NCBI GenBank assembly: GCA_963790205.1 | Contig: CAWBNQ010000001.1 | Coordinates: 576,001 to 640,000 of the forward strand | Length of the DNA stretch: 64,000 nucleotides | Source of the DNA: Nitrospirota bacterium | GTDB lineage: Bacteria > Nitrospirota > UBA9217 | Direction: 5' to 3' | Position numbers and translations under genes: made by a program | The notes under the pieces: generated by a model | Seen by the model: the letters and a program-made list of their open reading frames with translations, nothing else | The model's database searches: none | What the model was told of the DNA's origin: nothing | Shown: one piece after another, positions 54,789 to 64,000 of the stretch | How positions within the stretch are numbered: position 1 is the stretch's first letter | How the letters are laid out: the number at the start of each line of letters is the position of its first letter

Positions 54789-56984
54789 TCAAATGGTGGT
54801 GAGAGCGGTTTTCGCTTTCGCGTCGAGGATACGCCGTACCACCGAGAGCAGGTAGGGGGATTCAAAGGGCTTCTTCAGGAAGCCGTCGATTTCCCGTATT
54901 CCGTCCTTGTCCGCAATATATTTCGTGTGGCCGGACATGGCGAGAATCTTTATTTCGGGCTTTATCTCCTTGATCTGCCTGATGAGCTCCATGCCGTCCA
55001 TCTGCGGCATGGCGATGTCCGTAATAACGAGCGCTATCTCCTGAGGAATTTTTTTGAAAATGCTGAGCGCGCTGGGGGAATCGCTCATGGCGAAGGTCTT
55101 GTAGCCATGGCCTGTAAGTGCCTCCTGGACGGCGTTGAGCGTCTCCTTCTCATCATCGACAATGAGCAGCGTTTCATTTCCGCCCACAGGAGTAAGCAAT
55201 TCCTTCTCCCGCGCGAGGGCGGCCTTGCGCGAAGCGGGCAGGTAGATGGTAAAGAGCGTGCCGGCGCCGGGCTCGCTTGCGACCGTGATATATCCCTTAT
55301 GCTCTTTGACCGCTCCATACACCATGGACAGGCCGAGCCCGGTGCCCTTGCCCCGTTCTTTCGTGGTGAAAAACGGCTCGAAGATCCTATTGATGATATC
55401 CTTCGGGATGCCCGTCCCCGTATCCGAGAGGCTGAATACGACGTATTCTCCCGGCAGGATGTAGGCCGGGACGTCCGGCATGCCTTGCACAACGTCCACA
55501 ACGGAAGTTTTGATTACGATCCCCCCCCCTTTCGGCATGGCATCCCGGGCGTTGATGATAAGGTTCATGACGATCTGCTCTATATGGTTGGTATCTCCCT
55601 GGATGGGCGGAAGATGGCTGTCGAGCTCCACGCGCATCTCGATGTTTTTGTCGATGACCCGCTCGAGGAGCTTGAGCGTATCATACACCACGTCGTTGAG
55701 GTAGAGCGGCACGATCTCATACTTGCTCTTGCGCGCGAAGCCCAGCAGTCTTGAGATCATCCTCCCCGCCCTTCGCGAGGCGTCTTCGATCACGCCGAGA
55801 CTGTTCGTTGACTTTACATCCAATACGGAATTCTTGCGAATGATCTCCGCATGGCCGAGGATGGCCGTCAGAATGTTGTTGAAATCATGGGCAATGCCGC
55901 CCGCGAGCACGCCGATGGACTCCATCTTCTGTGACTGGGACAGGTGCTCCTGGAATTTCTTCCTCTCCGTAATATCACGGTAAAAGGATTGAATGAACAG
56001 TTCCTCGCCGATAGTAATCGCTTTTGCGCTGACCTCGAGATCGATGGAGTTGCCGTCCTTTTTGTTATGTCTGGTTTCAAACACGAGGGATTCCCCAGCC
56101 AAAATCCGCCGCATCCTCTCTGCCATTTTTTCCGTATTGCCTGCATCTTCAAGCAGCTTTATGTGCGTGCCTAGTAATGCCTCTCTGCTGAAACCGTGCA
56201 TCTCGCATGCTTTCCCATTTGTGTTCAGAATGACGCCGTTCTTGTCGAGGACGACGATGCCGTCCGTGGCGTTCTCAAAAAGCGACCGGTGCCACTGCTC
56301 GGATTTATGCAAATCTTTTGTTCTTTCTTCAACCAGGTCCTCAAGTTTACGGGAATACATTTCGAGCTGCCCTTTGTCCTTTGCAAGCTCGTATTCAAGA
56401 GATAGCTTCTTGATAAGGAGTGTATAGTTGTAATACCGCCACGCCAACCCAGTCACCGCAGCCGCAGTTAAGAAAACAGTATTATTTATAAATATTCTGA
56501 AGTTTGTGATTTTATCTAAAATAAGAATAGGGAGCAGATAAATTCCATAAATCATAGAAGCCATTGTTAACGTTACTCTAAAAGAAACCGGTACAAAACC
56601 TAGAATAAACATAAAAAGAATAGTAAATCCGGCATAGTAAACAGATTGATGTCCGCCAAAAGACAGCATCATTAACTCAATCATTGAAGCAGGTATTAAA
56701 ATACCTACAAACAAGACAGTTATCTGAAAAAGGTTAGTCTTCTTAAGCCTAAAAATGAAATATAAAACTACCTGTAGTGAGGCTGAAATGAATCTATACG
56801 TGAGGAATTTTGTAAAATTTTCGGGCGTGACAAAATAATCCAACATACTTAATAATACAGTAACACCAGCTCCAGCAAGTAAAAGAGCCCCTCCCATTGA
56901 CTGCAAGTAAGTTGATAGTTCTTGTTCTATATATTTGTTTTTGTCCATATAAATTAGTGTATCAAAAATTTGATTCGATAACAA
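54789..56984 (-). CDS. Membrane hybrid histidine kinase (multi-TM sensor, PAS, HisKA, HATPase, REC); alternative start 56948
   Basis: About 5 TM helices, PAS (FENATDGI), GIAHDFNN, GTGLGL, VITDIAMP. Confidence 0.93.
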   Translation of the reverse strand: MLSNQIFDTLIYMDKNKYIEQELSTYLQSMGGALLLAGAGVTVLLSMLDYFVTPENFTKFLTYRFISASLQVVLYFIFRLKKTNLFQITVLFVGILIPASMIELMMLSFGGHQSVYYAGFTILFMFILGFVPVSFRVTLTMASMIYGIYLLPILILDKITNFRIFINNTVFLTAAAVTGLAWRYYNYTLLIKKLSLEYELAKDKGQLEMYSRKLEDLVEERTKDLHKSEQWHRSLFENATDGIVVLDKNGVILNTNGKACEMHGFSREALLGTHIKLLEDAGNTEKMAERMRRILAGESLVFETRHNKKDGNSIDLEVSAKAITIGEELFIQSFYRDITERKKFQEHLSQSQKMESIGVLAGGIAHDFNNILTAILGHAEIIRKNSVLDVKSTNSLGVIEDASRRAGRMISRLLGFARKSKYEIVPLYLNDVVYDTLKLLERVIDKNIEMRVELDSHLPPIQGDTNHIEQIVMNLIINARDAMPKGGGIVIKTSVVDVVQGMPDVPAYILPGEYVVFSLSDTGTGIPKDIINRIFEPFFTTKERGKGTGLGLSMVYGAVKEHKGYITVASEPGAGTLFTIYLPASRKAALAREKELLTPVGGNETLLIVDDEKETLNAVQEALTGHGYKTFAMSDSPSALSIFKKIPQEIALVITDIAMPQMDGMELIRQIKEIKPEIKILAMSGHTKYIADKDGIREIDGFLKKPFESPYLLSVVRRILDAKAKTALTTI

Positions 56985-56986
56985 TC

Positions 56987-58411
56987 TTAATCACGAATGA
57001 CTTTTTCTTTTCGCAGGATCATTTTAGCTGTATCATAACCAACATGTACCACACCTGAGATCCCAAGTCCTCGGGTTGTCCAGTGGCCTGTCAGATAAAG
57101 ACCCTGGATGAACGAAGGTTTCCTAAAATCTGGGAGCGCTAATTGTGAAGGGGTAACAGCCCATCCAAAGGTAGCTCCCTTGTGATTCAAGGTATATCTG
57201 AAAAGCGTTTGTGGAGTGGCTACATCTTTATATATAGTATGTTTTGACAAACCAGGAACGACATCTTTTTCTAGTCTTTTTATAAAGGATTCTGCTAATA
57301 TTTTTTTATTGTCAGCCCAGTATTTTTTATTTATGAATGGTACATTAATGAAAGAAGTAAGACTCTTTTTATCGGGAGATACGTGCGTCAAATATCCTCC
57401 AATGCTGTCAAAATTTTTCTTTTTTATTGTAGAATATGCATTGTCAAAATTGTAGTGAGACAGTATCCACAAGTTGGTGCCCGGCTCAGGTAAATTGTAA
57501 TAATGTTTGTCCATTCCTAAATATAAAATAAATGCTGAAAGTGCGGGTGTCATCTTAGTGACGCTGCTTAAAAAATCTGCACTTATAATTCTTTTCCCTA
57601 ACAATTTGAAGAAGGTCTGCGTGGCGTCACAGTTAGATATTACATATCGCGATGGTATGAAATCGCCTCCTTCAGAAACTATACCATCAACTTTATTCTC
57701 TCTGACCTTTATTTTTTTTACAGGGCAAGAAAGCCGTAATTCACCACCCGATTGCTTGAATGTTTCAGCTAATGCATCAGGAAGTGTTTGCATGCCACCT
57801 TCCGGATAATAACCGCCGTCAAGGAGAAATTCTGTAAAGATTTGAGCGCCCATACAAGCTGATAAGAATGTTGGAGATGCGCCGCTATTGCCATATACTG
57901 GAAGGGATAAGATGGACTTTAATTTATCATCCTTAAAATACTTATCTAATAAATTCTTAAATGTCCAGCTTCTAATACGAGCAAAAAAAATTGGCTCGGG
58001 GTTAACCAAGAGCGAGAAAAATTTTTTAATATTGTCACTTTCTTCCGGGAAAGCTTTCTGAAAGTCTGTAATTGTATTTTTAAAGTCAGCCCAGAAAGAG
58101 ATTTTGTAATCAGGGCTTATTACAATGTCTGACGGGTCATATCGTATAATCCTGACTCGTTTGTTTATTCCAAGATCATTAAACACCTTTCTCATAATCC
58201 CACCCGTTCTATAGGCGCCAAACGAGTGAGCCGCAGCATCAAAGGTGAACCCGGATCTTTTAAATGAGGTACAATAACCACCGGGCTTATAATGCTGCTC
58301 TGCTATGAGGACTTTCATTCCTGCCTTCGCGAGATAGCAGCCGCAGACAAGGCCGCTCATGCCTGCACCTATGATTACAACATCATAAATATCTTTATCA
58401 ACCTTTAACAT
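56987..58411 (-). CDS. FAD-dependent oxidoreductase, phytoene desaturase/retinol saturase family
   Basis: IIGAGMSG, PGGYCTSF..GFTFD, YPEGG, TPQTLFRYT..GA, GLYLTGHW. Confidence 0.88.
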   Translation of the reverse strand: MLKVDKDIYDVVIIGAGMSGLVCGCYLAKAGMKVLIAEQHYKPGGYCTSFKRSGFTFDAAAHSFGAYRTGGIMRKVFNDLGINKRVRIIRYDPSDIVISPDYKISFWADFKNTITDFQKAFPEESDNIKKFFSLLVNPEPIFFARIRSWTFKNLLDKYFKDDKLKSILSLPVYGNSGASPTFLSACMGAQIFTEFLLDGGYYPEGGMQTLPDALAETFKQSGGELRLSCPVKKIKVRENKVDGIVSEGGDFIPSRYVISNCDATQTFFKLLGKRIISADFLSSVTKMTPALSAFILYLGMDKHYYNLPEPGTNLWILSHYNFDNAYSTIKKKNFDSIGGYLTHVSPDKKSLTSFINVPFINKKYWADNKKILAESFIKRLEKDVVPGLSKHTIYKDVATPQTLFRYTLNHKGATFGWAVTPSQLALPDFRKPSFIQGLYLTGHWTTRGLGISGVVHVGYDTAKMILRKEKVIRD

Positions 58412-58664
58412 TGATCGAACTTTTTTGACTCAATAAATTATTAACAAGTGCCACAGCTTCCTTCACGGTTGTAATTTTGGGAACATCCTCATCCCGCACC
58501 GACACTTTAAATTTTTTTTCAATTGCAACCGTAATTTCGATTGCCTTAATAGAATCGACTTCAAGGTCCTTAAAAAAATTTTTCTCGGGTGTTATCATTT
58601 CCATATCAAATCCTGAAACATCTGAGATTATCGAGACTATTTCTTTTTCCACATTTACAGCCAT
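58398..58664 (-). CDS. Acyl carrier protein
   Basis: DLEVDSIKAIEI (phosphopantetheine Ser); GAGGAG RBS. Confidence 0.9.
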   Translation of the reverse strand: MAVNVEKEIVSIISDVSGFDMEMITPEKNFFKDLEVDSIKAIEITVAIEKKFKVSVRDEDVPKITTVKEAVALVNNLLSQKSSINVKG

Positions 58665-58683
58665 TGTTATCTCCTCATCGTTC

Positions 58684-59898
58684 TTAGCCGGTAAATTTTC
58701 TTAAGATCAGGCAGGCATTATTGCCGCCAAAGGCATACGAGTTGTTTAGGGCTACTGTGATGGTATGTTTTCTTGATTGATTAGGTACGCAGTCAATATC
58801 GCATTCCGGGTCGGGTGTTTCGTAATTTATGGTTGGTGGAATCATATCATTTTTTACGGCAAGTGCGCAAGCGATCGCTTCGATTGCCGAAGCCGCTCCC
58901 ATGGTGTGACCGAGCATGGACTTAATGGAACTCACGGGTATCTTCGTATAGAGAGGTCCGAAGACTTCCTTAATGGCTGCGGACTCATTTCTGTCATTGG
59001 TAAGAGTTCCGGTCCCATGGGCGCTTATATAATCTACGCGCTCAGCCGTAATCTCTGTCTCCCGCATTGCTTTTCTCATGCACGCTACAATGCCTTCCGT
59101 GGAGGATGTAGTCATGTGGAAGGCATCACAGCTGAGTCCGTACCCAAGAACCTCGGCATAAATACCGGCTTTTCTTTTTATCGCATTTTCGAGGGATTCG
59201 AGAACCACTAATCCTGCGCCTTCGGCTACCATCATACCCTTCCTGCTTTTATCAAAAGGCTGGCACTTTTCAGGCGCGACAGCTGAGAACTGATTAAACC
59301 CCGTGAAAGCAACCTTGGAGAGAGGTTCGGCGCCTCCCGCGAGGAGAATGTCGGCCCTGCCGAGACGGATCAAATCCAGTCCGTATCCTATTGCATAATT
59401 ACCTGCCGCACATGCGGTTGAAAACATCAGATTGGGGCCGTGCAGAGAAAATGTCTCTGCAATGACCGAAGGAGTTGAATGTGTCGGCACTTGACGAATC
59501 AGATTTTCGCTGATCTGATGCTTTTTTTCGGCAACAATCATTTCATCTATCTTTTCCACAGTCTGGATAGATCCCATTGTTGTTCCGATACAAACGCCAG
59601 TCCTCAGACTGGAAAGTTCACTTAATGATAAATCAGCATCCTTGATTGCGAGCGTTGCAGCAGCGAGAGCCAGCTGTGACGCCCTACTGAGGGAATTAAT
59701 TTTATTCCCGGGAATGAATTCCTCAGGGTTAAAATTTTTAACCTCTCCTCCGTTGTGAGTAAACTGGTTTGAAGTGTCAAAGGACGTCACAGGGCTTATC
59801 CCTGATTTTCCCTTCAGGAGATTATCCCAGAATTCCTCCCACCCGATGCCGATCGAGGAAATGACGCCCAGGCCTGTTATCACGACTCGCTTATTCAT
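58684..59898 (-). CDS. fabF: Beta-ketoacyl-ACP synthase II-like (active KS)
   Basis: STACAAG, HGTGT, KSMLGH catalytic Cys-His-His. Confidence 0.9.
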   Translation of the reverse strand: MNKRVVITGLGVISSIGIGWEEFWDNLLKGKSGISPVTSFDTSNQFTHNGGEVKNFNPEEFIPGNKINSLSRASQLALAAATLAIKDADLSLSELSSLRTGVCIGTTMGSIQTVEKIDEMIVAEKKHQISENLIRQVPTHSTPSVIAETFSLHGPNLMFSTACAAGNYAIGYGLDLIRLGRADILLAGGAEPLSKVAFTGFNQFSAVAPEKCQPFDKSRKGMMVAEGAGLVVLESLENAIKRKAGIYAEVLGYGLSCDAFHMTTSSTEGIVACMRKAMRETEITAERVDYISAHGTGTLTNDRNESAAIKEVFGPLYTKIPVSSIKSMLGHTMGAASAIEAIACALAVKNDMIPPTINYETPDPECDIDCVPNQSRKHTITVALNNSYAFGGNNACLILRKFTG

Positions 59899-60331
59899 TT
59901 TTTACACTGAATACCAGCTCCGCCTCTGTTATCTTTTTGTCGTCGACAAATGCCTCGCCCGACACATAAGCGCCGGTCGGCAGGGATTTGACGTTTTCAA
60001 CCCTGATTTTCAACTGGTCGCCCGGTATAGCGGGGTGGAGAAAGCGTGCCTTGACCGAACCGAAGTAATACATCGGTTTTTTCCCCTCTTCGGGTTTCTC
60101 TTTTCCCAGGGCAAAAAGGATGATGGCGGTCTGTGCCATTGCCTCAAGTATGAGGGCGCCGGGCATAACGGCCTTGTCGGGAAAATGGCCGAGAAAGACC
60201 ATATCATTGCCCGAAATGTTCTTCACGGCAACGATGTGTTTCCCGGGTTCGATTTCCAGGATCCGGTCGATCATGATGAAGGGAAAACGCTGGGGCACGA
60301 GCTTTTTGATTTCTTCAAAGTCAAGTTGCAT
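59891..60331 (-). CDS. fabZ: 3-hydroxyacyl-ACP dehydratase
   Basis: PQRFPF, GHFP, MPGALILEAMAQ, PGDQL. Confidence 0.92.
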   Translation of the reverse strand: MQLDFEEIKKLVPQRFPFIMIDRILEIEPGKHIVAVKNISGNDMVFLGHFPDKAVMPGALILEAMAQTAIILFALGKEKPEEGKKPMYYFGSVKARFLHPAIPGDQLKIRVENVKSLPTGAYVSGEAFVDDKKITEAELVFSVKNE

Positions 60332-60334
60332 CGA

Positions 60335-61570
60335 TCATCCTTCGTAGCTGCCTAATACAACGGCGGAGTTCTGACCGTATGGGTCAGTTGAGGTCACGAG
60401 CACGGTCTTGACGCGTTTCTGTCTTGCTTCATTCGGGACGTAATCGAGGTCGCACTCGGGATCTTTTTCCTTATAGTTGACAGTAGGGAATAGTATACCC
60501 TTCTGTATAGCGCCTACGACGGCTGAAAGGGATAGAGCGCCGGAAGCTGAAAAAGACTCCCCTACCATGGATTTTATCGAACTCACCGGGATCGTATATG
60601 CATGTTTTCCAAAAACTTCTTTTATTACCCTCGTTTCCATCCTGTCAAGATTCTTTGTTGAATTGGAACAAGCGCTGATAAAGTCTATGTCTTCAGGCTT
60701 GAGAGAAGCATCCTTTAAAGCGTGCAGAATGGCATTCTTTAAGCCTTTTCCCGCATGATTGAAGCTGCTATCCGCTGAAGGATCAAAGACATTGCCGTAG
60801 CCCAGTACTTGTGCAAGAATGGCGGCGCCCCTGTTTATTGCGTGGTCCTCATCTTCAAGTACCAGCACTGCTGCGCCCTCAGAAAGCAATACTCCGTTCC
60901 TTCTCGCATCAAAGGGGCAGCAGCGGGGCTCTGAACCGTCCGTCCCCGATAAACAGCCGAGCTTATGAAAACCCAGAAAAGCTTCTTCGCACAGCTCTTC
61001 AACCCCGCCGGCAAGTACAACGTCGGCCCTGTTTAAGTGTATGAAGTCGGCAGCATAGGAAAGGGCGTCAAGGCTGGCGCAGAAGCCTGTGGATATGGTG
61101 GTGTTGAACCCTTTAATTTTAAAACGAATGGAAACCTGGCTTGCCGGGGAATTTATGACGGTGTTCGGAAAGTGTGAGGGATTGACAAAGCGCGGCCCCT
61201 CGATGAGGCCCGACCGGTCGAATTGCGAGATGCTGTGGAGGCTTCCGAACGTCGTGCCGATCGAGACGCCTGCGGAATGAGTATTCTCTTCTGTGATCTG
61301 GAGGCGGGCGTCTTCGAGAGCGAGCTTTGCAGCGGAGCATATCAGCCTCGTGCTCCTGTCGAGGTCCCGCAGCCCTTTCTTGCCGAGCAAAGAAAGGGGA
61401 TCAAAGCCGGCCAGCTCGCCGGCAGAATGGATCTGCAAGGGTGCTGTATCGAACAGGGTTATGTCCCGGAATCCTGTTTTCCCCTGGAACAGCCCTTCCC
61501 AGTAGTTATCCCGGCCGATGCCGATGGGCGATAAGACCCCTATGCCTGAGATTACGACCGTTCTTTTCAT
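60335..61570 (-). CDS. Non-catalytic ketosynthase homolog (chain-length-factor-like)
   Basis: KS fold, but STACAAG becomes STGFCAS, HGTGT becomes CSNST and KSMLGH becomes KSMVGE. Confidence 0.85.
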   Translation of the reverse strand: MKRTVVISGIGVLSPIGIGRDNYWEGLFQGKTGFRDITLFDTAPLQIHSAGELAGFDPLSLLGKKGLRDLDRSTRLICSAAKLALEDARLQITEENTHSAGVSIGTTFGSLHSISQFDRSGLIEGPRFVNPSHFPNTVINSPASQVSIRFKIKGFNTTISTGFCASLDALSYAADFIHLNRADVVLAGGVEELCEEAFLGFHKLGCLSGTDGSEPRCCPFDARRNGVLLSEGAAVLVLEDEDHAINRGAAILAQVLGYGNVFDPSADSSFNHAGKGLKNAILHALKDASLKPEDIDFISACSNSTKNLDRMETRVIKEVFGKHAYTIPVSSIKSMVGESFSASGALSLSAVVGAIQKGILFPTVNYKEKDPECDLDYVPNEARQKRVKTVLVTSTDPYGQNSAVVLGSYEG

Positions 61571-61576
61571 CCTGGC

Positions 61577-62344
61577 TTATATCCCCAGTCCCCCGTCTAT
61601 CTGAATTACCTGCCCGGTGATATACTGAGATGCATCGCTCACTAAGAATACTACAACCTGCGCCACCTCATCCGGCGTGCCGAATCTTCCCAGCGGGATC
61701 ATCTTCATGACCTTCTCTCTGTATTTTTCAGCAAACGACGCTGTCATGTCAGTGGCCACAAAACCGGGAGCAACGGCATTGACCCTGATATTATACGGCG
61801 CCACCTCTGCTGCCAGCGATTTGGTAAAGCCGATCACCCCTGCCTTTGCAGCCGCGTAGTTGGCCTGGCCCGCAAGCGGATGAATGCCGCTGACCGACGA
61901 GATGTTCACGATGTTTCCGCTCTTTTGCTTCAGAAAGGTGATGATGCATGCGCGTGATGTATTAAAAACGCCGGTAAGGTCTGTTTCTATTACCTCGGAC
62001 CAATCCTCTTTATTCATCATCATAAGGGATTTGTCGCGTGTTATGCCTGCGTTATTGACAAGGATATCGATCTTTCCGAATTCTTTTTTTACCTCTTCTA
62101 TAAACGTTCTGGCGCCTTCAAACTCCCTCACGTCCAGTTGAAAAGGCGTTGCCTTCCTGCCCATGATCTGAACTTCTCTTGCCAGCGATTCTGCTGCTGC
62201 CGGATTTTTCGTATACGTGAATGCGCAATCAGCGCCTTCACGGCACAGGGCAAGTACGATGGAGCGGCCTATGCCCCTTGTCCCTCCCGTTACGATCGCT
62301 ACCTTGTTGAGAACTGAGTTCTTTTCCATGCCTTGCGCGTTCAC
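61577..62344 (-). CDS. fabG: 3-oxoacyl-ACP reductase (alternative start 62329)
   Basis: TGGTRGIG, NNAGITRD, NYAAAKAG, VNAVAPG. Confidence 0.92.
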   Translation of the reverse strand: MNAQGMEKNSVLNKVAIVTGGTRGIGRSIVLALCREGADCAFTYTKNPAAAESLAREVQIMGRKATPFQLDVREFEGARTFIEEVKKEFGKIDILVNNAGITRDKSLMMMNKEDWSEVIETDLTGVFNTSRACIITFLKQKSGNIVNISSVSGIHPLAGQANYAAAKAGVIGFTKSLAAEVAPYNIRVNAVAPGFVATDMTASFAEKYREKVMKMIPLGRFGTPDEVAQVVVFLVSDASQYITGQVIQIDGGLGI

Positions 62345-62667
62345 TGTAACATAACTTTAAACCCTAATCAATAGTAATAACTGGGCGGGGGGATACTACA
62401 GTAAGGAAAATAAAACTTGTCTTGCACCGGGTCATGAGACAAAACGCCCTCTCAGCAGCAGGACAGTATTGCTGCAGAAAGGCTGTAACAGCGCGAAATC
62501 GTGTTCGTACTCTTCCTTCATTTCCTTGAAAAGTCGACGAACCCGGCGTGCAATTTTTTGGTTGAGAATAAAACTTGTGCAGTGCGGACTTTTTCGCGGC
62601 GGATCTTTTGATCATGAGCAGGGTGCCTGCTCAGGCTCGGCCTGTTTTTTATAATTATCGACAATCG

Positions 62668-62710
62668 CCTCGCCGGGAGGAGGATTTCCTTCCCCCTCCT
62701 CCCGGCGAGG
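62668..62710. terminator. Strong hairpin downstream of the methyltransferase gene
   Basis: CCTCGCCGGGAGGAGG...CCTCCTCCCGGCGAGG perfect 16-bp stem. Confidence 0.6.
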
Positions 62711-62747
62711 ATACCATCTTTCCCCGCGCCGCATTCAGGACCTTCTG

Positions 62748-63800
62748 TTAATACTTCGTAGCAGTGTAAAAGATTATTGAACCTGATTTTACGCGGGTCA
62801 TTGATAATGCGCTGCCGGGGATTTCTGCTTGATGGAGCAACCTTTCAAAATCCTCCTGCGTACGCTGCAGAAAGCCGTCCCAGTCGGCGAGCCAGTGGTA
62901 GCCTTGCGACCGGTAACGGGTCGCGTCCTTAAAAGCCGCTATGAGCTTTCCCCCCGGGTTGAGCATCAGATAGAGGGAGTTGAGCACTTTGGCGAGAAAA
63001 TCATCGGCCAGGTAATCGAAATATCCAACGCTGTAAATGATATCTTGCATGCCGAATGCAGACACCGCGGTCTCGTAGTCGAACATTCTGAGAGCATTGT
63101 ATTGGATAAATTCGGCCCGATCTGACGAAAGGCCCGCATAGGACAAACGATCGAGTGCGAAATCGAGTGCTTCAGGGTCTAAATCGATACATTTGATGTG
63201 GGCGCCGGTTTTTTCAATTTCCGGGACTATTTCATGCACCTCACGGCATGAGCCGCAGGCGATATCGAGGACCTTCGGATGTTGTCTGTTGATGAGCTCT
63301 GTTTTCAGCAGCTCAGCCAGTTTTTGCATTCTTTCTCGCACCCCTACGGCAAGGGTTGTAGAAAGCATATATTTATCGAGATGATATCCTATCCCTTCCG
63401 ACATCGGCGTATTTCTATATAGGAATTCTATTGTTTTGTAATCTCCCTGGTATCCTTGGGGCCATGTCCGGGCCCGGTTTGCACCGTAGCTTTTTGAGAA
63501 AATAGGGTCCGTCTTATCACGAAAGGCGACCCGTGCGGCTTTGATTGCCGCCTCGTTGTTCACCAAATTCTCAAATTGTTCGCAAACCTGGAGCATCGAG
63601 TCGTTCAGGACGGACAGTTCCTGAAAGATGCTTTCGGCGTCTCCCTCCTGTTTTATGCACCTCCGCTCAATAGCTTTGAGCGAGTCCATATACTGATCGG
63701 TTGTTGCTTCAAGATAGCTGATATATTTTTCGCTCTCCTCGCTGACAAGCAATGTTTTTTCGTTGATCGTTTCATCTTCGTAACTCCATGAATTTTGCAT
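62748..63800 (-). CDS. Class I SAM-dependent methyltransferase, PhcB-like
   Basis: RARTWPQGYQGDY motif, VLDIACGS, DLDPEAL, YSVGYFDYL; GGAGGTG RBS before ATG 63800. Confidence 0.75.
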   Translation of the reverse strand: MQNSWSYEDETINEKTLLVSEESEKYISYLEATTDQYMDSLKAIERRCIKQEGDAESIFQELSVLNDSMLQVCEQFENLVNNEAAIKAARVAFRDKTDPIFSKSYGANRARTWPQGYQGDYKTIEFLYRNTPMSEGIGYHLDKYMLSTTLAVGVRERMQKLAELLKTELINRQHPKVLDIACGSCREVHEIVPEIEKTGAHIKCIDLDPEALDFALDRLSYAGLSSDRAEFIQYNALRMFDYETAVSAFGMQDIIYSVGYFDYLADDFLAKVLNSLYLMLNPGGKLIAAFKDATRYRSQGYHWLADWDGFLQRTQEDFERLLHQAEIPGSALSMTRVKSGSIIFYTATKY

Positions 63801-64000
63801 GTTCACCTCCCGAGTAATTTTTTTCGGTACCGTGTAAACCGCCCCTGGCAGGCTCAAAAACTTCCAATCCCCCAGTGTAGACAGACTTCAACAGAACAAT
63901 CACCCCTTTCCCATGAGGAGCTGTGTTCAATTACGTTTTCATTTCCTGCCGGTTGCGCTATGAAAATAACCGCCGTGCTGCGATAAAAGGGTTCTATTTT

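Noticed and set aside
56987..62344. Aryl polyene, ladderane or carotenoid cluster
   Set aside because: No acyl-CoA ligase, glycosyltransferase, exporter, linked radical SAM enzyme or phytoene synthase in the cluster, and it ends in a sensor kinase. Not fully excluded, since upstream genes lie outside the window.

Overview
Origin-proximal chromosome segment of a moderately GC-rich bacterium, probably an anaerobe or microaerobe (Nitrospirota- or deltaproteobacteria-like; inferred from gene content). Positions 1-21 kb are core: dsrE-like, tusA, dnaA-dnaN-gyrB-gyrA, serS with all four tRNA-Ser genes, tRNA-Arg(ACG)-tadA, SRP RNA, dnaX-ybaB-recR, four-subunit pyruvate:ferredoxin oxidoreductase and mglBA. 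A decayed tandem island at tRNA-Asn (21.2-28.2 kb) holds two serine recombinase remnants, a truncated SNF2 helicase, a truncated defence-type reverse transcriptase, an IS carrying two DDE transposases, and a TA pair. An IS1111-type IS110 element sits in a host palindrome; its bridge/seekRNA target loop and circle-junction promoter can be read directly from the sequence. The 31-52 kb stretch has mixed signalling and metabolic genes, including a His-less kinase/CheD/pseudo-receiver-PilZ module and three candidate structured RNAs. The right end (53-64 kb) is the most novel-looking locus: a PhcB-like methyltransferase, a dedicated type II FAS/PKS (FabG, chain-length factor, FabZ, KS, ACP, FAD oxidoreductase) and a membrane hybrid kinase. 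This is a candidate fatty-acyl methyl-ester quorum-sensing system with an AT-rich, apparently swapped specificity cassette. Five single-base frameshifts (gyrA, dnaX and others) indicate sequencing or assembly errors.
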